From contig CAVRUS010000011.1 in the NCBI GenBank assembly GCA_963724415.1, positions 561 through 64,560 on the forward strand: a stretch of DNA of 64,000 nt. The letters are read 5' to 3'. How positions within the stretch are numbered: the stretch's first letter is position 1; every line of letters starts with the position of its first letter. This DNA is from an uncultured Actinomycetota bacterium (lineage in GTDB: Bacteria; Actinomycetota; UBA4738; HRBIN12). Positions 47,283 to 57,007 of the stretch are shown here, one piece after another. The translations under genes were made by a program, and so were the position numbers. Under the pieces are notes generated by a model that did no database searches, was not told the DNA's origin, and saw nothing but the letters and a program-made list of their open reading frames with translations.

Positions 47283-49478
47283 TCAGGGAGTGCGGATCAG
47301 GTGGTTCGCGACGTCGGCTTCGAAGTCGTCGAGGCTGAGCTCGGCGATGCGATCGACATCCACGGTCTGCAGGCTGAACGAGAACGTCGTCCCGACGCCG
47401 AGCTGAGAGTCCACCCAGATCCGTCCGGACATCGCCTCGACGAGCGTGCGCGCGATGTAGAGCCCGAGTCCCGTGCCCGGCCGGCGCGCCGCGCCGTTCT
47501 GCACACGGTAGAAGCGGTCGAACACCAACTCGCAGTGCTCCGGCGCGATGCCTTCGCCCTGGTCGCTCACGGAGATCGTCACCGAACCCTCGGCCGTCCG
47601 AGTGCCGACCGTGATCGGCAGGCCCGCCGGCGTGTACTTGTCCGCGTTCGTGAGCAGGTTCAACACGATCTGCTCCACGCGGAACGGATCGGCGAACACG
47701 ATCGTCGCCCGGTCCAGGTCACTGAGCACGACCGGGCGATCCGAGTGCTGCTCCCGGAACTCCGTGACGACGCGGGTGAGCACGTGGCCGAGCGGCATCG
47801 GCTGGAGGTCCACCACGAGGCCGCCGGCCTCGATCAGCGAGACGTCGAGCATGTCGTTCACGACGCGCTCGAGACGTTGCGCCTGGCGCAGCATGATCCG
47901 GTAGTACTCCTGCAGCTTCTCGGGCGAATCGTCGACGGTGCCCTCGACGAGGCTCGTGAGGAACCCGCGGAGCGGCGTGAGCGGGGAGCGCAGCTCGTGG
48001 GAGACCATCGAGACGAAGTCGCGCTTGATCTGCTCGGCCTTCATCTCCTCGCCGGCGTCGCGCACCACGACGATCTGCTGGGGCGGCGCGTCCTCGTCGT
48101 CGCGGATCGTGCTGGTCCGGAGGCGCAGCTCCTTCGTCGCGCCGTCCTTCGTGGTCGCCGTGGTGTCGCCGAGCCGGCCGTTGCCGTCGTCCTCCGCGGC
48201 GAGCACGGTGATCATGCCGAGCCCGAGGAGCTCCTCGCAGCGCTTGCCGATCGCGTCGTCCTCCGAGTAGCCCACGATCGCGTGCATCGCCGGGTTCCAC
48301 GACCTGATCAAGCCGTCCGGGTCAACCGTGAAGACGCCGTCGGAGGTGTGCGAGACGATCTCCGAGAGTCGGGCGCGCTCGAGGGTCTTGCCGTACAGGC
48401 GGTGGTTCCACAGGCGAGCGGCGATCTGGCTCGCGAAGCCGTCGACGAGGACACGCTCCGTCGCCGTGAGGGCCTCCTCCCGGTAGACCGCGAGCACCCC
48501 ACGGACGTCCTCGCCGTCGCCGACGAGGGCGATCTGGGGGGCGACCCCGCTGTGCACCGCGACGAACGCGTCCAGCGGATCGACGCCGGCGTCGTCGATC
48601 GTGAGGTGGCGGATGCCATTCGAGGTGTGCACGGCGACGGCGGTGTCGTCCACGACGACGAGCTCCACGCGGTCGGCCGGGAGCAGCTTCTCGAGCAGCC
48701 CGAGGAAGTCGCCGAAGCGCTCGGTGGTGGCCATCGGTGCGGAGAGCACGCGGCCCGCCTCGTAGAGGCTCCGCATCTGTTCGCGCTCCTTGACGCCTTC
48801 GACCCACCGTTGGTACGTGACGTAGGCGAGCCCGACCGGCGCGATCATCAGGATCAGCGCGACCGGCTCCGCGGCCCAGACCAACGCCGCGAGGATGCCC
48901 AGGGCGACGTTGCCGAGCCAGTGCAAGACGTTGATCGCGAGCGGGAGACGGAACACGTCGAGGAACCGGGTGCGCTCGACCATCGACACGACCAGCATGA
49001 TCGCGGTGGCGTTCACGGCGAAGGCGACGTACATCGCGGCCAGGACGGCGGCCCAACGCGCCGGGTCGGCCGGTCCCGAACCCCACCCGCCGAGGACGGC
49101 GAACGTGAGCTCCGCGAGGGTGAGCCCGATCAGGAACTGCGAGACGTTGTAGGTGATCTTGAACGGCTTCCAGCGGTTCAGGCCCTCGCCCACGACGACG
49201 CCGAGGAGCACGGCGACCGTCAGGACGCCGGGCGACACGAGGAGGAGCGCGCCGGCCCACACGCCGTCGGTGAGCGCGAAGTTCACGGTTTCGGTGCCGC
49301 GCCGCAGCGGGATCGAGTACCGCTCGGCCGCGATCGTGAGTCCCGCGATCACCGCGACGGCGAGGAGGTCCTGCATGTCCCAGCGCGTGATCTCGGGCAC
49401 GCGGATCGCGAGGCAGCCGATCGCGAGCAACGCCGCGCCCGTGATCAGGAGCTTCACCGAACGAGGAAGTGCCTTCAT
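47283..49478 (-). CDS. sensor histidine kinase (polytopic membrane N-domain, PAS, HisKA, HATPase)
   Basis: H-box FVSMVSHELRSPLTPLRGF and N/G boxes in the C-terminus. Six or more TM helices at the N-terminus. SD GAGGGGA. Confidence 0.9.
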   Translation of the reverse strand: MKALPRSVKLLITGAALLAIGCLAIRVPEITRWDMQDLLAVAVIAGLTIAAERYSIPLRRGTETVNFALTDGVWAGALLLVSPGVLTVAVLLGVVVGEGLNRWKPFKITYNVSQFLIGLTLAELTFAVLGGWGSGPADPARWAAVLAAMYVAFAVNATAIMLVVSMVERTRFLDVFRLPLAINVLHWLGNVALGILAALVWAAEPVALILMIAPVGLAYVTYQRWVEGVKEREQMRSLYEAGRVLSAPMATTERFGDFLGLLEKLLPADRVELVVVDDTAVAVHTSNGIRHLTIDDAGVDPLDAFVAVHSGVAPQIALVGDGEDVRGVLAVYREEALTATERVLVDGFASQIAARLWNHRLYGKTLERARLSEIVSHTSDGVFTVDPDGLIRSWNPAMHAIVGYSEDDAIGKRCEELLGLGMITVLAAEDDGNGRLGDTTATTKDGATKELRLRTSTIRDDEDAPPQQIVVVRDAGEEMKAEQIKRDFVSMVSHELRSPLTPLRGFLTSLVEGTVDDSPEKLQEYYRIMLRQAQRLERVVNDMLDVSLIEAGGLVVDLQPMPLGHVLTRVVTEFREQHSDRPVVLSDLDRATIVFADPFRVEQIVLNLLTNADKYTPAGLPITVGTRTAEGSVTISVSDQGEGIAPEHCELVFDRFYRVQNGAARRPGTGLGLYIARTLVEAMSGRIWVDSQLGVGTTFSFSLQTVDVDRIAELSLDDFEADVANHLIRTP

Positions 49479-49491
49479 GTCGTGTCTCCCC

Positions 49492-51183
49492 TCAGCTCCA
49501 TGCGACGGAGCTCCACGAGTTCGAGCTCCAGGAGTTCGAGCTCCATGAGTTCGAGCTCCATGAATTCGAGTTCCAGTACATGCCGCTCCACGAGTTGGAG
49601 CTCCACGAGTTGCTCGACCATCCGCTGTTCTCGGCGATCAACGACGACCACGCGGTGGAGGACCAGGAGTTCGACGACCAGGAGGTCGACGACCACGAGT
49701 TCGAGTCCCACGGAGCGCCGAGGACGTCCATCTCGCCGGTCACGAGGTCCGGCTCGCCGTCGTGGTTCACGTCCGCGTACACGTGGAACTTCCCGCGGCT
49801 GCCCTCGAGGGAGCCGACGCCGAGCGACCGGATCAATCCCGCGTTCGCCCAGTCGCCGCTGCCGATGCTCTGCAGGGCGCCGAGCGCGTCGACCATGCCG
49901 GAGCCGCCACCCGTGCGGTACTGGGAGGCTCGGAACGTGCTCCCCATCAGGATGCTCTTGACCGCGCTCGGCTTGAGGGTCGGGTTCGCCTGGTACAGCA
50001 GGGCCGCCACGCCGGAGACCACCGCGCCGGCCTGCGACGTGCCGGTCCCCTTGAAGTAGTCCTCGTCGACGACGGCGTCCTGATGGAACCCGTCGATCGT
50101 GCTTCCCACGTCGCGCGTCGCCACGATCGTCGTGCCGGGGGCGACGATGTCGGGCTTCGTGAACCCGTCCTGGGTGATGGCGCTGCTGGAGAAGGGGGCG
50201 ACCTCGTCGTCCTTGCGATCGGCGGTCTGGTGCACGTCGACCGCTCCGACCGTGATCACGAACGGGTCGTCGCCGGGCTTGTTGATCGTCCCGGGCCCGC
50301 GGTTCCCGGACGAGACGACCACGGCGATCCCGGCGGCCCACGCACGCTCCACCGCTGCGTTCAACGGGTCGATCGCGTAGGGCTGGAGGCTGTCCGTCCC
50401 GAAGGAGAGGTTCAACACCTTGATGCCGTACTGCGCACGATGGGTGACGACCCACTGGAGCGCCGCGATCACGACCGAGACGTCGGTGGATCCGTCGGGA
50501 CCGGCGACCTTGACCGAGACGAGCTTGGCCCCGGGTGCGACCCCGCGCCACTTGCCGTCGGAGGCCGCGCCGTTGCCGGCGATCACGCCGGCCATGTGCG
50601 TGCCGTGCCCGTAGGCGTCGTCGCCGCCGGCGTCGGGCGTGAAGTCCACGCGCGCCACGACCCGGTCACCGAGGTCCTCGACCTGCGCGACCCCTGTGTC
50701 GATCAGCGCGACCGTGACGCCGGACCCGTCGGCGCCGGCGGGGAGCTGCGACAGGCGGATCGACTTCCGCCACGCGAGGTTCGGCTCGATGTCGTCCCAC
50801 GCTCCCGTGCCGACCGCCGTCATCTGGATCCGGCCGTCGACGTACACGCCGCTGATCGACGGGTCGCGCGCAAGCATCGGGAGTCGGTTCTGCGGGACGT
50901 CGGCGGCGAACCCGCCGATCAGGGGGAGCGGTCTGGTGACGTGTCCGCCGACGGCCTGGACGAGGTCCTCGGCGAGATCGGCGGAGGGGATGCGCTCGTG
51001 AACAACGATGGAGAGGGTCGGGGCCGCCGGAGCGAACGGTGCGTGCGCCAGGGCGGCGACGAGAAGGGCGCTCACGACGAGACCGATCAGGACCGTGAAC
51101 TCGTGGCGTTGTGGGCTGGTCGCGACAGCCAGGCGGGGGGTGCCGATCGGGGCCAATCTGCTTCCTTCCGTGTTCCGGCACAT
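49492..51183 (-). CDS. S8 family (subtilisin-like) serine peptidase with C-terminal Trp/Ser pentapeptide repeats
   Basis: ALIDTG (Asp), HGTHMAG (His) and GTSQAG (Ser). Start taken at MCRNTEG, though MDRDG is also possible. The stop is 13 nt upstream of the kinase start. Confidence 0.85.
   Translation of the reverse strand: MCRNTEGSRLAPIGTPRLAVATSPQRHEFTVLIGLVVSALLVAALAHAPFAPAAPTLSIVVHERIPSADLAEDLVQAVGGHVTRPLPLIGGFAADVPQNRLPMLARDPSISGVYVDGRIQMTAVGTGAWDDIEPNLAWRKSIRLSQLPAGADGSGVTVALIDTGVAQVEDLGDRVVARVDFTPDAGGDDAYGHGTHMAGVIAGNGAASDGKWRGVAPGAKLVSVKVAGPDGSTDVSVVIAALQWVVTHRAQYGIKVLNLSFGTDSLQPYAIDPLNAAVERAWAAGIAVVVSSGNRGPGTINKPGDDPFVITVGAVDVHQTADRKDDEVAPFSSSAITQDGFTKPDIVAPGTTIVATRDVGSTIDGFHQDAVVDEDYFKGTGTSQAGAVVSGVAALLYQANPTLKPSAVKSILMGSTFRASQYRTGGGSGMVDALGALQSIGSGDWANAGLIRSLGVGSLEGSRGKFHVYADVNHDGEPDLVTGEMDVLGAPWDSNSWSSTSWSSNSWSSTAWSSLIAENSGWSSNSWSSNSWSGMYWNSNSWSSNSWSSNSWSSNSWSSVAWS
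49495..49710. repeat. 15-nt tandem repeat (about 14 units of gagctccaNgagttc) encoding (SNSWS)n
   Basis: Periodic DNA. The protease C-terminus reads NSWSSTSWSSNSWSS...SNSWSSNSWSSNSWSSNSWSSVAWS. Confidence 0.85.
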
Positions 51184-51399
51184 GGCGTCGGCCGGACGAA
51201 GGCCCACTTTGACCCCACGCAGGCCGACGGCGCTATCACTCGAAAGGGCATTCTCGACTCCGCCACGACCGTCGCGGTCCATCGGGCAGACGACCGACGT
51301 CCCGCCCGGACGGGGGATGCCCGGACCGGGACCTTCGGTACCTGTTGGGGGGACAACGACCGTTCGACTGACGGGAGACGGTGTGGTTGTCTCGCGGCG

Positions 51400-52083
51400 A
51401 TGGATCCGGACGTCGCAGAGGCGCTGGCGAAGAGCTTCCTGGGACGACTCCCCTCCGAGGTCGTCGACCCGCTGCTCGAGGACCAGGTCCGCCTCGACTA
51501 CCCGGCGGGCACGACCATCTACCGAGGTGGCGAGCCTGCCCGCGCGATCCTCGTGGTCTCGGGGCTGATCCGGATCTACGTGGCCTCTCGCCGGGGCCGC
51601 CAGGTGACGATCCGCTACGGGCGTCCGACGGACGTTCTCGGGACCGCGCTCATCATCGGCGGGCCGCTCAACGCCCACGCCCAGACCCTGTCGCCGACCA
51701 GCGTCTTGCAGATCGACGCGCGCCGGCTCGAGGACGCCGCACGCCGCGACGCTCGTCTCGCCTACGCGATGGCGGAGCAGGTGAGCGACCGGCTCGATGA
51801 GGCGATCGAACAGATCGCGATCAACACCTTCGGGTCCGTGATGCAGCGGGTCGCTTCCCAGCTCCTCGAGCTCGCTTCCACGCAGCAACGGCCGGAGGCC
51901 CCGCTCGTGGCGGAGGTGTCCCAGCAGGAGCTGGCCGATGCCATCGGATCCGTCCGGGAGGTCGTCGCGCGCGCCCTCCGGGGTCTGGGCGCCGCCGGGA
52001 TCGTGGCGACCTCGAAAGACCACATCGAGATCCTCGATCCCATCCGCCTCCACGAGGAGTCCCGGAGCAGTCGCCGCGCGTGA
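51400..52083 (+). CDS. Crp/Fnr family transcriptional regulator
   Basis: cNMP-binding beta-roll (GEPARAILVVSGLIRIY) and C-terminal HTH (ELADAIGSVREVVARALRGL). Confidence 0.8.
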   Translation: MDPDVAEALAKSFLGRLPSEVVDPLLEDQVRLDYPAGTTIYRGGEPARAILVVSGLIRIYVASRRGRQVTIRYGRPTDVLGTALIIGGPLNAHAQTLSPTSVLQIDARRLEDAARRDARLAYAMAEQVSDRLDEAIEQIAINTFGSVMQRVASQLLELASTQQRPEAPLVAEVSQQELADAIGSVREVVARALRGLGAAGIVATSKDHIEILDPIRLHEESRSSRRA

Positions 52084-52255
52084 CTTGAGTCACTCGACAT
52101 CGCTACCCAAGTCACTGACACGCGCGGCACAAAGAGGAACGCTTCTCCATGACCCCCGTTGGGCCGCAGATGTCGGCCTGCCATGGATCCGGCATGGACG
52201 CCCATGGATCAGAAGGAAGCGTCCGAATGAACAACGAGTACGAGCAGAGACAGCC

Positions 52256-52707
52256 ATGACCACCTACTTCGAGAACGTCATCAAGATCGAACAGGCCACG
52301 CGAGGAGGTCTTCGCGTTCCTGGCAGATCTCGAGAACGTCCCCAGTTGGAATCCGGCGATCGAGGTCCACATGGAAGACTTCTCCGTCTTCCGTCGGGGT
52401 CGGGATCGAGTACCGACAGATCCGTTCCGCGCCGGAGAGGAGCGAGGAGGTTCTCGAGGTCACCGCGTTCGAGCCCCCGCGCCGCTTGATCATCGAGCTT
52501 CAGGTCGGGCCGTTCCGGGCACGGACCGGCTATACGCTGGAGGCGGCAGAGGCAGCGACGCGGCTGACGAACTGGGTGGAGCTGGAACCTCCGTCGATCA
52601 TCTCGCGGGTCGTGGTTCCGCTCGCTGCGTCGCAGAGCAAGGCCGTGGTCGCATCGAACCTCGAACGGCTGAAGCGGATCCTCGAAGACACGCGACTCAG
52701 CATCTAG
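52256..52707 (+). pseudogene. SRPBCC (Bet v1-like / polyketide cyclase) family protein with about 2 frameshifts
   Basis: MTTYFENVIKIEQAT, REEVFAFLADLENVPSWNPAIE and RRLIIELQVGPFRARTGYTLEA lie in three different frames. The length is not a multiple of 3. Confidence 0.6.
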
Positions 52708-52760
52708 CGGCTGGATCCCGGTCCGCCCGCCGCCCGTCGGTGGCGCGTACGCTCGCCGAC

Positions 52761-54041
52761 GTGAACGCGAGGTCGCAGGAGCTCCGGCGGTCCGTGCCAG
52801 CTCTGGTGGCAGGGCTGACGGTCACGATCGTGTTCCTCGCGGTGCTGAGCATCGTGCTCACCGCGGCCGGCCCGGACGGGCTCGCCCTCTCGGACCAGCG
52901 CGAGAGCGAGTGGATCGCGCTCCTGTACGGCCTCCCGATGATCCCGAGCCTCATCCTCACGCTCCGGTACCGGATGCCGTTGCTGCTCACCGGGAACGTC
53001 TTCGCGATCATCTTCTTCGTCTCGCTCGGGGATCGGGTCTCGTTCGAGGAGCTCGCCGGCGCGACGATGCTCGCCGGAGCGATCGTGCTCGTGACCGCGT
53101 TCCTCGGGCTCACAGGGCAACTCGCGCGATGGATACCCGCTCCCATCGTGCACGGCCTGATCGCGGGGGCGGTGATGCCCTTCCTCGTCGGCGTCTTCTC
53201 CTCGCTCAGCACGTCCGACGGCGAGTGGCGGGTCGCGGTCATGGTCGGGGCCGCCGTGGTCGGATACCTCGTCGGGCAGCGGCTGCTCGGCACGCGGTTC
53301 CCGGCGATCGTGCCGGCGTTCCTCGCGGGATCTCTCGCCGCGCTGCTGACCGGGCAGCTCGGCGAGTTCTCCTCGACGTTCTCGCTCCCCTCGTTCGAAC
53401 TCGTCCGCCCCGTGTTCTCGCTCACGGCGATCCTCACGGTCGCCCCGGTGCTCCTCGCGGTGATGACCGTGCAGTCGAACATCCCGTCCGTGATCTACCT
53501 GCGGGGCCAGGGATTCGCGCCGCCCGAGCGGTTGATCAACCTCGTGAGCGGCGGGACCACGCTCGTCGGATGCCTCTTCGGACCGGTCGCCGTGTCGCTC
53601 GCGCTGCCGCCGGTCCTGGTGACGGCAGGGCCCGACGCAGGGGAGCGGTCCCTCCGCTACCGGGCGCTCTTCCTCCCCGTGGCGGCGGGGCTGCTGATCG
53701 CGCTGTTCGCCGCCGTGGCCGCCGACCTCGCACAGCTGATCCCACCGGTGTTGCTGCTGGCGATCGCGGGGCTCGCTCTGGTGCCCGCGTTGGTGGCAGC
53801 CCTCAAGGCGATCAGCGAGGGCCCGCTCGTCTTGGGGCCGCTGTTCGCGTTCGCGATCGCGCTGTCGGACATGACGATCCTCGGCCTCGGCCCGTTCTTC
53901 TGGTCCCTCGTCGTCGGCACGGCGATCTCGTCGTTCCTCGAACGGGACGGGATGAAGGAGCTAGGGCAGCGAGCGAGACGCCGGTGGCGGGGCGCCGTCA
54001 ACTGGTGTTCCCGCGGGCGACAGCGCATTGTTCTGATCTGA
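52761..54041 (+). CDS. BenE-family benzoate/H+ symporter-like membrane transporter
   Basis: About 426 aa with about 12 TM helices. The GTG start is inferred. Confidence 0.55.
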   Translation: MNARSQELRRSVPALVAGLTVTIVFLAVLSIVLTAAGPDGLALSDQRESEWIALLYGLPMIPSLILTLRYRMPLLLTGNVFAIIFFVSLGDRVSFEELAGATMLAGAIVLVTAFLGLTGQLARWIPAPIVHGLIAGAVMPFLVGVFSSLSTSDGEWRVAVMVGAAVVGYLVGQRLLGTRFPAIVPAFLAGSLAALLTGQLGEFSSTFSLPSFELVRPVFSLTAILTVAPVLLAVMTVQSNIPSVIYLRGQGFAPPERLINLVSGGTTLVGCLFGPVAVSLALPPVLVTAGPDAGERSLRYRALFLPVAAGLLIALFAAVAADLAQLIPPVLLLAIAGLALVPALVAALKAISEGPLVLGPLFAFAIALSDMTILGLGPFFWSLVVGTAISSFLERDGMKELGQRARRRWRGAVNWCSRGRQRIVLI

Positions 54042-54096
54042 CGGCATACGCTCATTCCAGGTACTCAGGCTCGACCCGTCGAGTGCCGACGACACG

Positions 54097-54747
54097 ATGC
54101 ATGAAGGTCGATCCGGCGCGCGCGCGACCGAGTCGGCTGCGCCTCGCGCTCGCTTCGCACGACTGCTCGGCATGCATGTCGTCGAGCGTGAGTGGCGCGC
54201 GAGCGGTCATCAGGTCGCCGGCGTGTGGCTCGGACGGCTCCCCGAGGGATGGTTCGTGTTCCACGACGTCCCGGCGGGAGAGCGAGGCGCCACGATCGAG
54301 CAGGTCGTGTTCGGCCCCGGCGGCGTCTTCACGATCACGACGAAGAGCCTCGCGGGATCGATCCGCGTGAACCCTCGGAGCATCGTGCACGACGGCCACC
54401 GCACGAGCCTCCTCGCGAAGGCGTCCGCGGAGGCTCGGCGAGCCGGGAGCCTCCTCTCTGCGGCGGTCGGCCGGGACGTCGAGGTCCGTGGACTCCTCGC
54501 GATCCTGGCGGACGAGTGGATCGTGCGGCAGCTGCCCACCGACGTCTACGTCGGTGGTCCGGGGAGCGTGAAGCACTGGATGCTCCAGCAGCCCCCGGTC
54601 CTCCGCTCCAGCGACGTGATCGTGCTGGCGGCCGCGGCCTCGCGGCCCGGCACGTGGACGGCCCAGCCGGAGGGTCCGCTGGCGAGTGTCTCGATGCTGC
54701 CGTCCCGCGAGAGCACCCGGATCCGAACCGCCCCGTCGGCGACGTAG
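54097..54747 (+). CDS. NERD domain-containing protein
   Basis: FHDVPAGERGATIEQVVFGPGGVFTITTKSLAG matches the NERD core. Confidence 0.5.
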   Translation: MHEGRSGARATESAAPRARFARLLGMHVVEREWRASGHQVAGVWLGRLPEGWFVFHDVPAGERGATIEQVVFGPGGVFTITTKSLAGSIRVNPRSIVHDGHRTSLLAKASAEARRAGSLLSAAVGRDVEVRGLLAILADEWIVRQLPTDVYVGGPGSVKHWMLQQPPVLRSSDVIVLAAAASRPGTWTAQPEGPLASVSMLPSRESTRIRTAPSAT

Positions 54748-54905
54748 CCTGCCCGCAGCGGTGTCCCCCATCCGGAGGACACGGGACGTGTCGGGCCCCT
54801 TCCGATCAGCATCCGATCCGTGCTCGGACTCGGCTGGATCGCTCGACCTCGCAGATACCTGCCGTAGGTGTCAAGTCGGTCACCCATCTGGCCGATGGAA
54901 CGACC

Positions 54906-56312
54906 ATGTCCCTCCTCAATGGCGTCCCGTACGCGCCCGTCTCCCCGCCTCAGATGGGTCGTCCCCGACGGCGCGCGACCGACACGGTGGTGGGTGGCTC
55001 GATCGGGCCGCAGCCGCTCCGCCGCGAGACCGACGGCTGGCTCGAACGCTGGATGGAGACGGTTGCCGATCTCGCTCGGCTGAAGCGCTCCCACCCGATG
55101 CTCGACGCCGTGATCGAGGAGCAGGACGGTCGACGGATCCGCATCGGCGAGCGGTGGCTCTTCGACTTCGCCTCGTGCAACTACCTCGGCTTCGATCTCG
55201 ATCCCGAGATCATCGCGGCGGTCCCGGAGTACCTGGCCCGGTGGGGGACCCATCCGTCGTGGTCGCGCCTCCTCGGGAGCCCGGTCCTGTACGAGGAGAT
55301 CGAGGCGAAGGTGACCGAGCTCGTCGGCGGGGAGGACACCCTCCTGTTCCCGACGATCACCCACATCCACATGTCGGTGATCCCGGTCCTCGCCGCCGCG
55401 GGCGCGATCTTCCTGGACGGCCGGGCGCACAAGACGATCTACGACGGCGCGATGATCGCGCGCGGACACGGCGCGACGGTCCAACGCTTCCGGCACGACG
55501 ACGCGGAGCATCTCGAGGAGCTGCTCCGCGCGAGCACGATCACGCCCCGCGTGATCGCGCTCGACGGCGTGAACTCGATGCTCGGCAACGCTCCGGACCT
55601 GCGCGCGTTCGCACGGCTGGCCCGCGAGTACGACGCGTTGCTCTACGTCGACGATGCGCACGGCTTCGGCGTGGTCGGCGAGCGCTCGCCGGACGAGCTC
55701 TGCGACTGGGGCACGCGCGGCAACGGCATCGTCCGTCATCAGGGCGAGACCTACGAGAACGTGATCTTCGTCGCCGGCTTCTCGAAGGCGTACTCGTCCC
55801 TCCTGTCGTTCCTCACGCTGCCCACGCGGCTGAAGGACGTGCTGAAGGTGGCGGCGCCTCCGTACCTCTACTCCGGACCGTCGCCGGTGGCTTCGCTCGC
55901 CACGGCGATCGCGGGCCTGGACGTGAACGACCGGCGCGGCGATCTGCAGCGCCTCGAGATGCACCGCAAGACCGCCCGGGTCCTGGATCGGATCCACGAG
56001 CTCGGCATCTACACGCCGAACCGCTCGGGGTACCCGCTGATCGAGATCCCGCTCGCCGACCACGAAGACATCGACGCGGTCGGCCAGTACCTCTTCGACG
56101 GGGGCATCTACCTGACGATGGCCGCCTATCCGCTCGTCCCGATGGACGAGGTCGGCTTCCGGATCCAGATCACCGCCGCCAACGACGACGAACAGATCGA
56201 GCGGCTCTGCGAGGTGCTCGGGGAGATCAACGAGCGTTTCGAGCTGCAACACGACGGACACCGCGAGCTCCTCCGGGGACGGGCCGCCCGAGCAGGAGGG
56301 GCAGTGGGATGA
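54906..56312 (+). CDS. PLP-dependent alpha-oxoamine synthase family enzyme (AONS/KBL/serine-palmitoyltransferase-like)
   Basis: FASCNYLGF, VDDAHGFGVVG and the GFSKAYSS lysine motif. Confidence 0.8.
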   Translation: MSLLNGVPYAPVSPPQMGRPRRRATDTVVGGSIGPQPLRRETDGWLERWMETVADLARLKRSHPMLDAVIEEQDGRRIRIGERWLFDFASCNYLGFDLDPEIIAAVPEYLARWGTHPSWSRLLGSPVLYEEIEAKVTELVGGEDTLLFPTITHIHMSVIPVLAAAGAIFLDGRAHKTIYDGAMIARGHGATVQRFRHDDAEHLEELLRASTITPRVIALDGVNSMLGNAPDLRAFARLAREYDALLYVDDAHGFGVVGERSPDELCDWGTRGNGIVRHQGETYENVIFVAGFSKAYSSLLSFLTLPTRLKDVLKVAAPPYLYSGPSPVASLATAIAGLDVNDRRGDLQRLEMHRKTARVLDRIHELGIYTPNRSGYPLIEIPLADHEDIDAVGQYLFDGGIYLTMAAYPLVPMDEVGFRIQITAANDDEQIERLCEVLGEINERFELQHDGHRELLRGRAARAGGAVG

Positions 56313-57004
56313 CCAAAGGTCCGGTCGCGGCGGGGTTGGGCCGCGTGGAGGAGCTCAGCGAGGCGGGCGACTACGAGGCCGCCCTCTCCGAGCTCGATCG
56401 ACAGCTCGAGGAACACCCCTTCGAGCCCGCCGTGCACACCGCGCGCGGCTGGGCTCTGGAGAACCTCGGTCCGAACGGTTTGCCGGCAGCGCGGGCGGCG
56501 TACCTGCGCGCCCTCGAGCTCGATCCCACCGCCCTCTGGGCGAAGGAAGGACTCTCGAACGTGTCCCGGCGGATGGGCGACGTCGACGAGGCGAACCGGC
56601 TGGCTCGCGAGGTGATCGACGAAGGGATGCCGCGGTGCGATGAGGAGATCGACCTCCTCGAGCTGGTCGGATGGTGTCAGCTCCGGCTCGGTGAGTACGA
56701 CCGGGCGGTGGCGACCCTCCGCCGCGCCCTCGAGCTCGACGGGCGATGGACCGCGGTGCGTTTCGACCTCGCGCTCGCTCTGATGTGCGTCGGCGACCGT
56801 GGGCGAGCGTTCCTCGAGTACCAGCGGGGGATCCACCAGGCCATCAACGGCGGCGTCGAGCGGTTGCGCGGTGTCGTCCGGATGGGGCTCGACGACCTGG
56901 AGGAATGCCTGTCGGAACGACCCGCCCTCGCGGCGACCCGGGAGGCGATCTCGGCCCGCGATCTCCTCCGGTCCACACTCCGAGTGGCCTCGCGAACGGC
57001 GTGA
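56309..57004 (+). CDS. TPR repeat protein
   Basis: Its ATG overlaps the stop of the previous gene in an ATGA arrangement. TPR-like helices (AAYLRALELDP...). Confidence 0.65.
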   Translation: MTKGPVAAGLGRVEELSEAGDYEAALSELDRQLEEHPFEPAVHTARGWALENLGPNGLPAARAAYLRALELDPTALWAKEGLSNVSRRMGDVDEANRLAREVIDEGMPRCDEEIDLLELVGWCQLRLGEYDRAVATLRRALELDGRWTAVRFDLALALMCVGDRGRAFLEYQRGIHQAINGGVERLRGVVRMGLDDLEECLSERPALAATREAISARDLLRSTLRVASRTA

Positions 57005-57007
57005 TGC

